Source: a virus
DNA length: 64,000 nucleotides
Direction: 5' to 3' (one strand)
Virus record (IMG/VR): IMGVR_UViG_3300045988_067909
Shown here: in pieces, positions 28,269-38,026 of the stretch
How positions within the stretch are numbered: the first letter of the stretch is position 1
Layout of the letters: every line of letters starts with the position of its first letter
Made by a program: the position numbers and the translations under genes
The notes under the pieces: model-generated
What the model was told of the DNA's origin: nothing
Seen by the model: only the letters and a program-made list of their open reading frames with translations
The model's database searches: none

Positions 28269-29027
28269 TTATAGAATATCTGAAAGAATGATGCATTTTC
28301 GGACTAGAATCATTATTGCTTTTTGTGCTTCATTTAATGTAATAGCACCTTGTTCATCTTCGGCTACTAATGTACCAATCGTTCTAGAATTAAGAGTATC
28401 ATTAGATATATGCATACCATAGTCCAATCTCTTAAGTTCAACTTTTTCTATTACTTTATTGACTAGATCATATATATTCATGAAATACTCTTTATCTATA
28501 ATTACTTTATCGTTATACATCAAATTACTTTTTACATCACTTACAAATTCAGGATTACTATCATATACCCCTAGAGTTATACACATAGCACCAACTAAGG
28601 TAAAGCACTTTAATAAGTCATACACATGTAAACGTTCATTGTTCTTATACTTGATCACTCTTCTTCTGTAGAACTTATCAAAGATTTTATCATTAGCACT
28701 AGTGTAGACTTCTAGGAGCTCATTAATAGTTATAGGCATATTATCTTCAATACCAGTATCTAATATATTAATGATACTATCACTAATAATACTATCTAAA
28801 GCATTTCGGACTAGGTTTAAATGTGCTCTAGTAGCGATACTATCCCTATATTGATTTAATTTTCCAAACCCAGATACCTTAGGACGCATATCACTATATA
28901 TAGATACCATATTAATTATACTACAAATGACAAAGCTAATTGTCTTGACCCGGACGACGCCAGGTTCTTCATTATTTTTTACTTGGCTTAAATCGGTATC
29001 ATCAATAGTCAAAATATGTGTTTCCAT
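28269..29027 (-). CDS. hypothetical protein
   Basis: 252 aa ORF downstream of the LRR/repeat gene. Confidence 0.55.
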   Translation of the reverse strand: METHILTIDDTDLSQVKNNEEPGVVRVKTISFVICSIINMVSIYSDMRPKVSGFGKLNQYRDSIATRAHLNLVRNALDSIISDSIINILDTGIEDNMPITINELLEVYTSANDKIFDKFYRRRVIKYKNNERLHVYDLLKCFTLVGAMCITLGVYDSNPEFVSDVKSNLMYNDKVIIDKEYFMNIYDLVNKVIEKVELKRLDYGMHISNDTLNSRTIGTLVAEDEQGAITLNEAQKAIMILVRKCIILSDIL

Positions 29028-29064
29028 TATATCACTCGTTCCCTTACATTTTTAAAATATTATA

Positions 29065-31842
29065 TTAGACACCTGTGCCTACTGGAGTTTCAGTGTGTTC
29101 TTCAGTTGTACCAGGAACTACTGGTGTAGCTTCATGGTTTTCTTCAGTATGTCCTTCTTCGGAAGTATGTGTTTCTTCGGATGTACCAGGAACTACCGGA
29201 GTAGCTTCATGAGTTTCTTCTGTATGACCAGCTGTTTCAGTATGAGTTTCACCTGCAACAGGAGCTGCTGGAGATTCTGTGTGTTCTTCAGTATGACCAG
29301 CTTCAGTATGAGTTTCTTCGGAAGTGTGAGCTTCTTCACCTGTAGCTACTGCAGGAGATTCAGTATGTGTTTCTTCTGTAGTACCAGGAACTACTGGAGT
29401 TTCAGTGTGTTCTTCAGTATGACCTTCTTCAGAAGTATGAGTTTCTTCACTAGTACCAGGAACTACTGGAGTTTCAGTGTGCTCTTCCGTGGAAGGAACT
29501 GCTGGAGTAGCTTCATGATGTTCTTCTGTAGTGCCAGGAACTTCAGTATGAGTTTCTTCGGTATGTCCTTCTTCAGAAGTATGAGTTTCTTCACTAGTAC
29601 CAGGAACAGCAGGAGTTACTTCATGGTGTTCTTCATTACCTACTGGTGTTTCTGTGTGTTCTTCAGTTGTACCAGGAACTACTGGAGTTTCTGTATGAGT
29701 TTCTTCAGTATGTCCTTCTTCAGAAGTGTGAGCTTCTTCACCTGTTGTAGGTACAGCTGGAGATTCTGTGTGTTCTTCTGTATTGCCAGGAACTTCAGTG
29801 TGAGTTTCTTCTGTATGTCCTTCTTCAGAAGTATGTGTTTCTTCTGTTGTGCCAGGTACTACTGGTGTAGCTTCATGGTTTTCTTCTGTATGTCCTTCGG
29901 AAGTGTGAGATTCTTCACCTGTTGTAGGTACAGCTGGTGTTTCAGTGTGTTCTTCTGTTGTGCCAGGAACTTCTGTATGTGTTTCTTCACTTGTACCAGG
30001 TACCGCAGGTGTAGTTTCATGATGTTCTTCATCACCTACTGGAGCCACAGGAGTTTCAGTGTGTTCTTCTGTAGTACCAGGTGTATGAGTTTCACCTGTA
30101 GAAGGAGTTGCTGGTGTAGGTGGTAATACAGGGTTAGTATCATCAACTGCAGCGTGAGATTCTTCACCTGGTGTAGGTACAACAGGAGTAGCTTCATGAT
30201 GTTCTTCAGTTGTACCAGGAACTACTGGAGTAGCTTCATGAGTTTCTTCTGTGTGTCCTTCTTCAGAAGTATGTGTTTCCTCTGTAGTACCAGGAACTAC
30301 TGGTGCAACAGGTGTTTCAGTATGAGTTTCACCTGTGGAAGGAACTACTGGAGTTTCAGTGTGAGTTTCTTCAGTTGTACCAGGAACTTCTGTATGAGTT
30401 TCTTCTGTTTTAGGTGGAACTACTGGTTCTACTGGTGTAATAGGTGCTACAGGAGTTTCTGTATTACCGCCAGTAGTGGTACCCTCAGTAGGAGTAGTTT
30501 CTTCTTTTCCTGGAGTTACAGTATGTGTAGTGTCATCTGTACCAGGGTGATTAGGGGTTGTATTTTCTTTTTTATCTTCAGGTTTATTAGTTACAATATC
30601 GTCTTTTGTTTCGACTTGGTCTAATACGCCATCTTTTTTAACAATCACGTTATCTTCCTCTTCTTTCTCAATAGTCTCTTTAACCCAAACTTCTTTAGGT
30701 GGTAATACAAGTCCTTCAAGAACCCAATTACCTTTAGTGATTAAATCATTAGCTAGTCTAGCTACGTCTTTAGGACATTCTGTATTTTTAGGGAAAGCAA
30801 TATGTTTATCTTTTACATCAGGAGATAAAGCATTAATGATATTAGTTACAGTTTTATCTGTAATCTTACTAGAATCAGCTAACCAAAGATCTGTTTTAAG
30901 ACCTTTAGCTGGAGTTAATTCAATATCTTTAAGCTCTTTACATCCTGCAAATAACACATCAGCAGTCTCTAACTTAGTTACATCCAATTTTACAGACTCA
31001 AGTTTCTCACATTGATAGAAAATACCATCAGCAAAACGAAGGTCTGTAGATCCACTTAGATCTACAGAAGTGAGTTCTTTGTTATTATAAAACATATCAT
31101 TTGCTGAAGTGAGTTTACCGATGTTTTCTAATTTAACATTAGCAAGTTTACGGCACTCTCTAAACATTGAGTTTGCAGATACTAGATTAGTAGCATCTAA
31201 TGTACCAGCATCAGCTAATTCATAGCATAATGCAAACATATTGTCAGCTACAATAGTATTCTTAGTATCCAAAGGACGAGGTAACAAGTCTAGCTCTTTA
31301 CTAATGATAGGGAACTTACGATCCATGAAGTTGTAAGCATCATTAGGTACTTTGATAGCTACACCATCATTTAAGAAATCGTAATTTGCTTTAGAGAATT
31401 GTAATCTACGAAGTTTGGTAATATCAATAGATACAACTCTAGAATCATAGTCCATAGAGCAATCAAACTGGATAACTACAGTCGGATCTTCCATGTCCAT
31501 TTTGTTTAGGTTATAAGTAAATGGTGCACGTGTATTGTGCTTTAAGAATTCAAAACATTTAACACGGCCACTTAATTTAACCAATCTGCCATCTTTCACA
31601 TAGTCTATATCCCATAAAGTCGGAGACCCTGCCTCAAGATAGCAAGCATAGCAATGCTCAGGTGTCGCATATTGAAATCGAACAAGCAGTGCTTGTTTGA
31701 TCTCATGTGTTACATCAATGAGTTCAACCCGAGGACATTGGTATCCTCGGGTGTACTCAGCATCATATACTTTTACAAAAGGCATATCTCTTGTAGGATC
31801 GACTTCTAGGAACTTAGGACCATTTTTAAAATAGTCTGCCAT
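29065..31842 (-). CDS. large BspA/DUF285-type leucine-rich-repeat protein with ~520-aa Thr/Glu/His/Pro-rich tandem-repeat C-terminal region (putative fibre/adhesin)
   Basis: aa ~200-330: five ~24-aa repeats xxMFxxCxxLxxVxLxxxxLTSA (NMFALCYELADAGTLDATNLVSA / NSMFRECRKLANVKLENIGKLTSA ...); aa ~405-925: dozens of degenerate TEETHTSEEGHTEETHTEVPGT units. Confidence 0.75.
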   Translation of the reverse strand: MADYFKNGPKFLEVDPTRDMPFVKVYDAEYTRGYQCPRVELIDVTHEIKQALLVRFQYATPEHCYACYLEAGSPTLWDIDYVKDGRLVKLSGRVKCFEFLKHNTRAPFTYNLNKMDMEDPTVVIQFDCSMDYDSRVVSIDITKLRRLQFSKANYDFLNDGVAIKVPNDAYNFMDRKFPIISKELDLLPRPLDTKNTIVADNMFALCYELADAGTLDATNLVSANSMFRECRKLANVKLENIGKLTSANDMFYNNKELTSVDLSGSTDLRFADGIFYQCEKLESVKLDVTKLETADVLFAGCKELKDIELTPAKGLKTDLWLADSSKITDKTVTNIINALSPDVKDKHIAFPKNTECPKDVARLANDLITKGNWVLEGLVLPPKEVWVKETIEKEEEDNVIVKKDGVLDQVETKDDIVTNKPEDKKENTTPNHPGTDDTTHTVTPGKEETTPTEGTTTGGNTETPVAPITPVEPVVPPKTEETHTEVPGTTEETHTETPVVPSTGETHTETPVAPVVPGTTEETHTSEEGHTEETHEATPVVPGTTEEHHEATPVVPTPGEESHAAVDDTNPVLPPTPATPSTGETHTPGTTEEHTETPVAPVGDEEHHETTPAVPGTSEETHTEVPGTTEEHTETPAVPTTGEESHTSEGHTEENHEATPVVPGTTEETHTSEEGHTEETHTEVPGNTEEHTESPAVPTTGEEAHTSEEGHTEETHTETPVVPGTTEEHTETPVGNEEHHEVTPAVPGTSEETHTSEEGHTEETHTEVPGTTEEHHEATPAVPSTEEHTETPVVPGTSEETHTSEEGHTEEHTETPVVPGTTEETHTESPAVATGEEAHTSEETHTEAGHTEEHTESPAAPVAGETHTETAGHTEETHEATPVVPGTSEETHTSEEGHTEENHEATPVVPGTTEEHTETPVGTGV
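29095..30630 (-). repeat. imperfect in-frame tandem DNA repeats (~60-70 nt units) encoding the T/E/H-rich region
   Basis: Recurring GGTGTAGCTTCATGGTTTTCTTCAGTATGTCCTTCTTCGGAAGTATG..-type units on the plus strand; generates spurious long antisense ORFs. Confidence 0.8.
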
Positions 31843-31865
31843 TAAAGCCTCCTTATAATAAATAA

Positions 31866-32969
31866 TTATTTGCGTTTCTTAGGCTTACCTTTACTTTGCA
31901 ATCGATTAAGACGATTAGCTTCTTTTTCTTTAATGTACTCATTCATCGCTTTGTCAAGATAAGTGATAAGAGACACGAAATTATTAATTATTTGTTTCGT
32001 GAATTCTGTCTCCTTCTTAGCTTTACGTGCAGAGATAGCATTAGCTAAGTTTAGTAAGAAATAGAATAAGAATAGTACATTCCCTTTATCACTGATATTG
32101 ATTTTAGCAAGAGCATTTTCTACAGCATAGATTGGATACAATGGTAAACCTAATTCTTGTGCAGCAGTAAATACTACACTAGAATCAAGTTTACTAATGC
32201 CGATTTTATTCAGCATTTTTGTAATTGTATCGTGATTATGCTTACGGTTCTTTAATAACTTTGTAGGGTTCAAAGCAGAATGATTAGTTTTATAATAGTT
32301 AAAGATGTATTCTGCTTTTTCAGAGTCTTGTAAACAAGCTAAACGGTGTTCCATTTGAGCTTTGATTTCAGGATCTTCTGCTTTTTCAATGCCATCTTTG
32401 AAACGTTGTACAAGACCAGTATAAGAATCTGTAGCTGCTGTATTAGCTAAGCCAGAATCATTGATTTTATTAGTGATCTTTTCAATCTTTTCATTAATAG
32501 CAGTGAATGCTTGTACAGTACAAGCTTGACCAAAGTCTACTACTGTACCATATAACCATGTAGATAGCATATCTTCTGGTACTTCATGTTCTTTAGCCTT
32601 ATTCAAGAAGTATACAGATTGGTCGCCTAGTTCTACGATAAGATTCAACTTAGGTTCTTCTTGCCCTTCAGGTACTTGGAGCTTATCATATACAGATGCT
32701 ACTTTAGCAATAGCTTCTACAGGAGCATCTTCAAAGCCTTCTACTTTGATTTGTGTAAAGTCTGCATCTACAGCTTTAATATCTTTCTTATCAAGTTCTA
32801 ATTCATCAATCTCATTTTCAACTTCTTGTAGAATTTGCTCTTGAGATTTGTCTTCTGGTTTCTCTGTAGTTTCAGTTACAGGTGTTTCTGGTGTAAGAAT
32901 CTCTATATCTGGTTCATTCTCAGTAACTACAGTAACGTCATTAATGTCTACTACTTTATTTTCTTCCAT
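31866..32969 (-). CDS. hypothetical protein
   Basis: 367 aa, N-terminal acidic, C-terminal basic tail KGKPKKRK. Confidence 0.55.
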   Translation of the reverse strand: MEENKVVDINDVTVVTENEPDIEILTPETPVTETTEKPEDKSQEQILQEVENEIDELELDKKDIKAVDADFTQIKVEGFEDAPVEAIAKVASVYDKLQVPEGQEEPKLNLIVELGDQSVYFLNKAKEHEVPEDMLSTWLYGTVVDFGQACTVQAFTAINEKIEKITNKINDSGLANTAATDSYTGLVQRFKDGIEKAEDPEIKAQMEHRLACLQDSEKAEYIFNYYKTNHSALNPTKLLKNRKHNHDTITKMLNKIGISKLDSSVVFTAAQELGLPLYPIYAVENALAKINISDKGNVLFLFYFLLNLANAISARKAKKETEFTKQIINNFVSLITYLDKAMNEYIKEKEANRLNRLQSKGKPKKRK

Positions 32970-33709
32970 TATAGTTCTACTCCTTGAAGATTTAATCTAA
33001 TATTAGTGATATAGTCTGGTAATAATTGATTACTAGATAAGATTGCATCAATAGCATCTTTAAAGATAGTGCCATTATCACTGAAATTACTATTGATAAC
33101 GTCACTGATAGGTGCATCATATGCTAAGTTTACAAACTGATCGAATGTAATAGTTAAACCAGCAATATATTTAAGAACTAGTTCCATATTAGATAGAATA
33201 ACTACAAGTTTATCATTCTTATAGTTCATTCTATTGTAAATGGTACTAGCGTCTTTATTCTTTTTAAGCTCATCTACATTTAAAGCATCACAAATATTAT
33301 TAGCTTCATTGATGATAAGCTTAGTGATAGCAGTAACCATATGATCACTGAATCTTGCTACAATTAAATCATAGATACAGTTAGCAGCAAAATAAGCATC
33401 CAACCCATCAATAGCTGGTTGGAATGTAAGATTGGTTGCTTTACATACTTGGTCAATGATTTCATTATAGATTTCTTGTTCCCTAGCTTTAGTATTCTCT
33501 TTATCCATAGGGAATTTAATATACATATTTTCAAAATTGTATTTGAATACATTAGGGATATTAGGCATAGGACTTATATGGCATTCATATCGTCTAGCAA
33601 TATTAGAACTTACCACATCGAAGATATAGTCTGAATTGAATACAGATAGAATTTCTGCTAATTCACGTTCAGATGCAATATCATATTCATTTTGATGGAT
33701 ACCAAACAT
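32969..33709 (-). CDS. hypothetical protein
   Basis: 246 aa ORF directly downstream of terminase. Confidence 0.55.
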   Translation of the reverse strand: MFGIHQNEYDIASERELAEILSVFNSDYIFDVVSSNIARRYECHISPMPNIPNVFKYNFENMYIKFPMDKENTKAREQEIYNEIIDQVCKATNLTFQPAIDGLDAYFAANCIYDLIVARFSDHMVTAITKLIINEANNICDALNVDELKKNKDASTIYNRMNYKNDKLVVILSNMELVLKYIAGLTITFDQFVNLAYDAPISDVINSNFSDNGTIFKDAIDAILSSNQLLPDYITNIRLNLQGVEL

Positions 33710-33812
33710 CGTTTTCTCCTCCTTAATAGGGTTTAATTAATTTTACTGCTTTGTTTAGGTACTATTTAAAAATTATTCCACAGTAAGGAAGTACCCTACT
33801 GTGGAAATTGTA

Positions 33813-36104
33813 TTATAGATTCTTAAATCTGTTAGCTAAGTTACCTTGGAGAACACTATACTCTTCATCTGGTAGCATATTAAAAGCAGATGCTGGTAAA
33901 GTTGCTGTAGTCTCATCACGATATACATCAACTTGGTCTTTAGTCATATTATACTTAGTAGCATATGCTTGTAAGAATACTGGGTTTTGCATAGCTTCTT
34001 TGAGTTCTTTCTCATCATCAGCTTCACGTTTCTTATCCCATTCATCAAATGTAATACCAAGACCTTTACGGAGCTCATTAATGACATCCATATTGTCTTT
34101 CTTAGTATCATCTGTAGTAAGCATATCTTTTTGGACTTTAACGATATCATCAGTGATATCCATTAGTTCTTCTGCTTCTGGACTGAATACTTCTTCTTCA
34201 GTAGCAGCATCTGTCATAATGGTAGTCTTATTGATACCGAAACGTTCTTTAAGATCTTTACCCTCATACCATACATACATAGCCATCAAATAGGAGAATG
34301 TAGCATCATCATGTGTAGTTGCAGAGTGGTCAACTTTACCATTACGTTTAACTTCAAGTCCACGGAACTCTTGGTATAGTATCTTAGATATGAACTTATC
34401 TTTATGATTGTCCATACGTTCTCTTAAGATCTGAATTAATAGTTCACGTACTGATTTACTAGAGTTCAAACCATATACTTTTACTAATTTCTTAGTACGT
34501 TTAACTTTACCAGGTCCTTCGTTGACTTCTTCTAAGATACGTTCTTTAAATTCAAAGTAAAGATTCTTCTTAATCTTAGTTTTCATAAGCATAGATACTA
34601 CAGATGCACCAAAACCACCATTAAGTTCGACATTGACTACAGCATTAGGCATATACTTAGTAACTATTTCATAGATACACTTAGCTAAGTCTTTCTGACT
34701 GATATAGTTACACTTTAAGATAGCTATAACTTTAGTAGTCTTGGAATCTATAATAGTAATAGCAGAACTATCTCGTTTATATCCACCAGATACGTCTACC
34801 CCTATGATAGGTGGATCTACTGGTTCACCATTATTCTTATATTCAAGCTTACCATACATATTCAAAGTAAACTTATTATTGTTTAATGGGATAGTTGCTA
34901 TAGGGTCTATAGTAAGTCTATCTACAGTTTCTAATTCATCTTGCGTAAATGGAGAGTTCTCAGAGAAATCTGCCCATTCAAGTAAAACTTCTCGACGAAT
35001 GGCTTCCCATTTATTCTGCATGTCGATACAGATTTGTTTGAACCACTCTTCGGAACGACCTAATTGTTGATAAGTAAACCTAATATAGACGAAACTACTT
35101 CTCATATTAGCAGATTTAATTTCATCTATCTGTGCTTTAGTTAAGTCATACCAGTTTTCACTAAACGGTGTAGCATCTTCACGCATATTATTAGCATATC
35201 TACCCATTTCATCTGTCAAGAACCCTGGTGTAGTAGTGAATAGTATACCGAATGGTGCACCATTGGCTTCAGAGTTCATAGCAGCACGTTTCCATGCAGG
35301 GATAGCATTAAGATAGATGTCTTCATTATATGGTGCGAATGCCCATTCGTCAGCCCACCATAATGGTACGGACATACCACGTAGTAAAGACTGTGCAGCT
35401 ACACGAGTACGAGCAGATGCTACAGTAATAATACGGTTACGGTTAATACTATGAGACAAAGTCATTACAGAATTTTGTGCTTTGGTCTTCTTATCACCAA
35501 CTGTAAATGATTCTGTCATTTGTAAGTAAGGTGGTAAGCAATCACGTAAGTCTTTAAGACCTAATAAGTTCTTTTTAGAACCGTCTAAAGACTTATGCAT
35601 AAATGCAAACGTTGAGTTAGATGTAGCAAAGTTAAATGCCCATAGATACCATATAGATGCGGACAATGTTTTACCTTGCTGACGAGGTAAGTCTAAGAAG
35701 ATATTGTAGTTAAATATAGTACAGAAGTATAGTGCCATACCACCACGTGTTAAAGTATAGTATGAACCACTACCACTACCACCCTGAGCTGGTACACGTA
35801 CAACTTCACGTACAAAGTACCAGAAGTTTACCATACACTCAGCTAGGACTTTAGACTTATAGTATTGGTTTAGATTTGGATCATGTGGGTCTATATATGC
35901 TAAGTCTGGATCCAATAGAGTTAGCATAAACTTATTATTCTTTATACCAACTGCTTCTAGATACTTATGCATATCTAGGAAAGATTGGTTTCTTGTACCC
36001 ATTTGGAAATATATTTTACGTTGAGAGAAGTCTACAACGTTCTGGTTAGCTGGAATCATTTGATTCATAGGATTACCTTGACCACCAGTTATATCTAGAT
36101 TCAT
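33813..36104 (-). CDS. terL: terminase large subunit
   Basis: Walker A-like DLPRQQGKT, Walker B LWWADEWAF, C-terminal nuclease-like GVDVSGGYKRDSSAITIID; start ambiguous (ATG 36104 or in-frame GTG 36116). Confidence 0.85.
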   Translation of the reverse strand: MNLDITGGQGNPMNQMIPANQNVVDFSQRKIYFQMGTRNQSFLDMHKYLEAVGIKNNKFMLTLLDPDLAYIDPHDPNLNQYYKSKVLAECMVNFWYFVREVVRVPAQGGSGSGSYYTLTRGGMALYFCTIFNYNIFLDLPRQQGKTLSASIWYLWAFNFATSNSTFAFMHKSLDGSKKNLLGLKDLRDCLPPYLQMTESFTVGDKKTKAQNSVMTLSHSINRNRIITVASARTRVAAQSLLRGMSVPLWWADEWAFAPYNEDIYLNAIPAWKRAAMNSEANGAPFGILFTTTPGFLTDEMGRYANNMREDATPFSENWYDLTKAQIDEIKSANMRSSFVYIRFTYQQLGRSEEWFKQICIDMQNKWEAIRREVLLEWADFSENSPFTQDELETVDRLTIDPIATIPLNNNKFTLNMYGKLEYKNNGEPVDPPIIGVDVSGGYKRDSSAITIIDSKTTKVIAILKCNYISQKDLAKCIYEIVTKYMPNAVVNVELNGGFGASVVSMLMKTKIKKNLYFEFKERILEEVNEGPGKVKRTKKLVKVYGLNSSKSVRELLIQILRERMDNHKDKFISKILYQEFRGLEVKRNGKVDHSATTHDDATFSYLMAMYVWYEGKDLKERFGINKTTIMTDAATEEEVFSPEAEELMDITDDIVKVQKDMLTTDDTKKDNMDVINELRKGLGITFDEWDKKREADDEKELKEAMQNPVFLQAYATKYNMTKDQVDVYRDETTATLPASAFNMLPDEEYSVLQGNLANRFKNL

Positions 36105-36125
36105 AAAGAAGATCACATCCTTTCT

Positions 36126-36145
36126 TTAGGTTATATAAATGTAAA
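36126..36145 (+). promoter_or_regulatory. partial promoter-module core (AGGTTATATAAATG)
   Basis: Matches the conserved TGGTTATATATTTA core; precedes 36205 gene by ~75 nt. Confidence 0.35.
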
Positions 36146-36204
36146 GTCTATTAAACACTTATAATAGCTATTTACGTTTTATAAATCTAACCTGGAGGAC
36201 AACT

Positions 36205-36576
36205 ATGAATCTTATCACTTTTGAGTATCTTCTTGAAGATGTACAGCTAGCTTCTGGTATTGTATCTGATGCTATGTCTAATTGTATTTATCCTAGTATT
36301 AGTAGTACCAAGCAAAATATCCATCTTAATGATACAGTGCAACTAAGTAAGCAAGTACGTAAATGTGGAAATGCTATTGGTATATGTGTATTTGACGAGA
36401 CTGCTAAATACACGTTTACTATTTTCAATAATGGTATAGTATCCATTATGGCAGATATTGATACATTTGATGCAGATGGCACACATGGTATTAAAGAAAC
36501 TAGTGACCATATTAAACATAACTTACATAAGCTACTTGGTAATATCGAAAAGCTTATTAATAATTACCGTATCTAA
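36205..36576 (+). CDS. hypothetical protein
   Basis: 123 aa ORF with CTGGAGGAC RBS followed by strong terminator. Confidence 0.5.
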   Translation: MNLITFEYLLEDVQLASGIVSDAMSNCIYPSISSTKQNIHLNDTVQLSKQVRKCGNAIGICVFDETAKYTFTIFNNGIVSIMADIDTFDADGTHGIKETSDHIKHNLHKLLGNIEKLINNYRI

Positions 36577-36589
36577 GAGACAGAGAAAA

Positions 36590-36634
36590 CCCTATATAGG
36601 CAATGCCTATATAGGGAACTTTCTCTATTTTCTT
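36590..36634 (+). terminator. intrinsic terminator (TATAGGCAATGCCTATA family)
   Basis: CCCTATATAGGCAATGCCTATATAGGG + AACTTTCTCTATTTTCTT. Confidence 0.7.
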
Positions 36635-37070
36635 AAGGATAATGATGGCTAGTGTTTGATATAATAATATTATTCTTTTTAAGCGGAGTTTACCCATCTA
36701 TGAAGAACACTGTTAAAATCTACATAGATAGAATTTATACAAAATGTATGTACGTTTGTTAACTATTAACCATATTCTAATTGAACCAGAATTAGCTGTA
36801 AGTTATTTGTAGCACTTAGCCATCATTAATGATTTGTTTGTCTAGTTTTTAAAAATAAATATTAAGACTGTATAGATCATTGATCTATACAGCTATAGGT
36901 GTACAGGTGGTGGATTTAACGTATTCGTAGTAGTGTGTTCTATTTTGTGTCTTTATTATATAAGAGAGAGATTTTATATTTAAAGTTATTTATTTTGGAG
37001 CGAAGTTTTCAAGCAAGTAGTATAATGCAATATACCACAGTCGTGAGAGATTTTAACCACCTGTACACCG

Positions 37071-37100
37071 ATAGTTGTATATAATAGAGAATGCAGAATC
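37071..37100 (+). promoter_or_regulatory. orphan promoter-module-like element with no downstream plus-strand ORF
   Basis: AGTTGTATATAATAGAGAATGCAGAATC aligns with AGTTGTATACTATAATGGTAATATCATGG; lies inside a 600-bp ORF-free region. Confidence 0.3.
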
Positions 37101-37164
37101 TTAAGCCAACACAAACCTCTCTATTATAAAAGTGTTTATATATGCATAAAAATAAAAACAATAT

Positions 37165-37197
37165 AACCCTAACTAGTATTACTAGTTAGGGTATACT
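37165..37197 (-). terminator. intrinsic terminator for the minus-strand operon ending at 37268
   Basis: ACCCTAACTAGTATTACTAGTTAGGGT perfect palindrome followed (minus sense) by ATATTGTTTTTATTTTTAT. Confidence 0.6.
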
Positions 37198-37267
37198 GTA
37201 TGTGGATATTCTGTAAAGAAAGGATTTAAGAAGTGACATCTGCAAATACCACTTCATTATATTGTTC

Positions 37268-37651
37268 TTAGCATATTGATATAATATATTTATCATTCAT
37301 AGTATAGATCTTATGAATGGTATTAATATTTTCGATAAGATAGTTGAACTCTTCTTCAGTAAATCCCATATCTAATAACTCAGTTTTATTATTATGGTAG
37401 CATTTTGCAATATAACTTAAGATGTGCTCATCGGAAATATTATTTAGTTTAGGTATAGAATAGGCATGGCAATAAGTAGACCCTTTGATGTCTTTCTTAT
37501 CTACGCCTAGTCTATTAAATAATTTATCAATTCTTTCTTGAGACCAGAATTTAGATCGGTATAGCTTACCCATCAATTCTGATATAGAGAAGATATATGA
37601 GTTATCATATACCGTTCCGTTTTTGTATAAAACTGTATTATCAGAAGCCAC
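37268..37651 (-). CDS. hypothetical protein
   Basis: 127 aa ORF, 3-nt gap after upstream gene. Confidence 0.5.
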   Translation of the reverse strand: MASDNTVLYKNGTVYDNSYIFSISELMGKLYRSKFWSQERIDKLFNRLGVDKKDIKGSTYCHAYSIPKLNNISDEHILSYIAKCYHNNKTELLDMGFTEEEFNYLIENINTIHKIYTMNDKYIISIC

Positions 37652-37654
37652 TGA

Positions 37655-38026
37655 TTAGTCCTCCAAAATCTCCTTAGGATCATAGTAATCTGACCCTGTA
37701 TTATCAGAAGTTTCGGATTCCTCAATAGTTACATTAAGATCAACTCCACGAGACTCCATAATCTCTTTGATCTTTTTATTATCCCCAAATCCATTCTCTA
37801 ATAGAGCATGGACTAGTTCTGTTGGTCCTTCTGGAGTGGAGAATACTACACCCTTGTTAGGAGTAAAGTCTCCATCAGTATTGACCATCCATTTACGGAC
37901 CTCAAGTTTTGCAGGTCTATTATTCCATGATACTTCAGCTAAACGAATAAGAGTATTACCTCGTTCTTCTACAATAACATCAATACCACCTTCAACAACT
38001 TCGAATGTGAGTTGTTTCTTTTCCAT
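37655..38026 (-). CDS. PC4/p15-like ssDNA-binding transcriptional coactivator-family protein
   Basis: LIRLAEVSWNNRPAKLEVRKWMVNTDGDFTPNKGVVFSTPE..ELVHALLE parallels the PC4 core (..VTVREFKGKVLIDIREYY.D.DGEMKPGKKGISL..EQW..L). Confidence 0.5.
   Translation of the reverse strand: MEKKQLTFEVVEGGIDVIVEERGNTLIRLAEVSWNNRPAKLEVRKWMVNTDGDFTPNKGVVFSTPEGPTELVHALLENGFGDNKKIKEIMESRGVDLNVTIEESETSDNTGSDYYDPKEILED

Noticed and set aside
29095-30624. Long plus-strand ORFs (343 aa, 156 aa; Cys/Phe/Ser-rich) in the ORF track
   Set aside because: They are antisense read-throughs of the in-frame T/E/H tandem repeats of the 29065-31842 gene. Their composition is low complexity, they have no RBS and they are wholly embedded in the minus-strand gene.
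29095-30630. Possible CRISPR array suggested by regular DNA repeats
   Set aside because: The repeats are imperfect, contiguous (no unique spacers), protein-coding in one long frame and lack a leader or cas genes.
33808-35070. Plus-strand ORFs 33808-34293 and 34741-35070
   Set aside because: They are embedded antisense in the terminase large-subunit gene, Ser/Leu-rich with no RBS.
18290-37260. tRNA genes in the larger non-coding regions (18290-18613, 28040-28268, 36640-37260)
   Set aside because: No T-loop (GTTCRANYC), anticodon-stem or acceptor-stem pattern was visible by eye. tRNAscan would be needed to exclude them formally.
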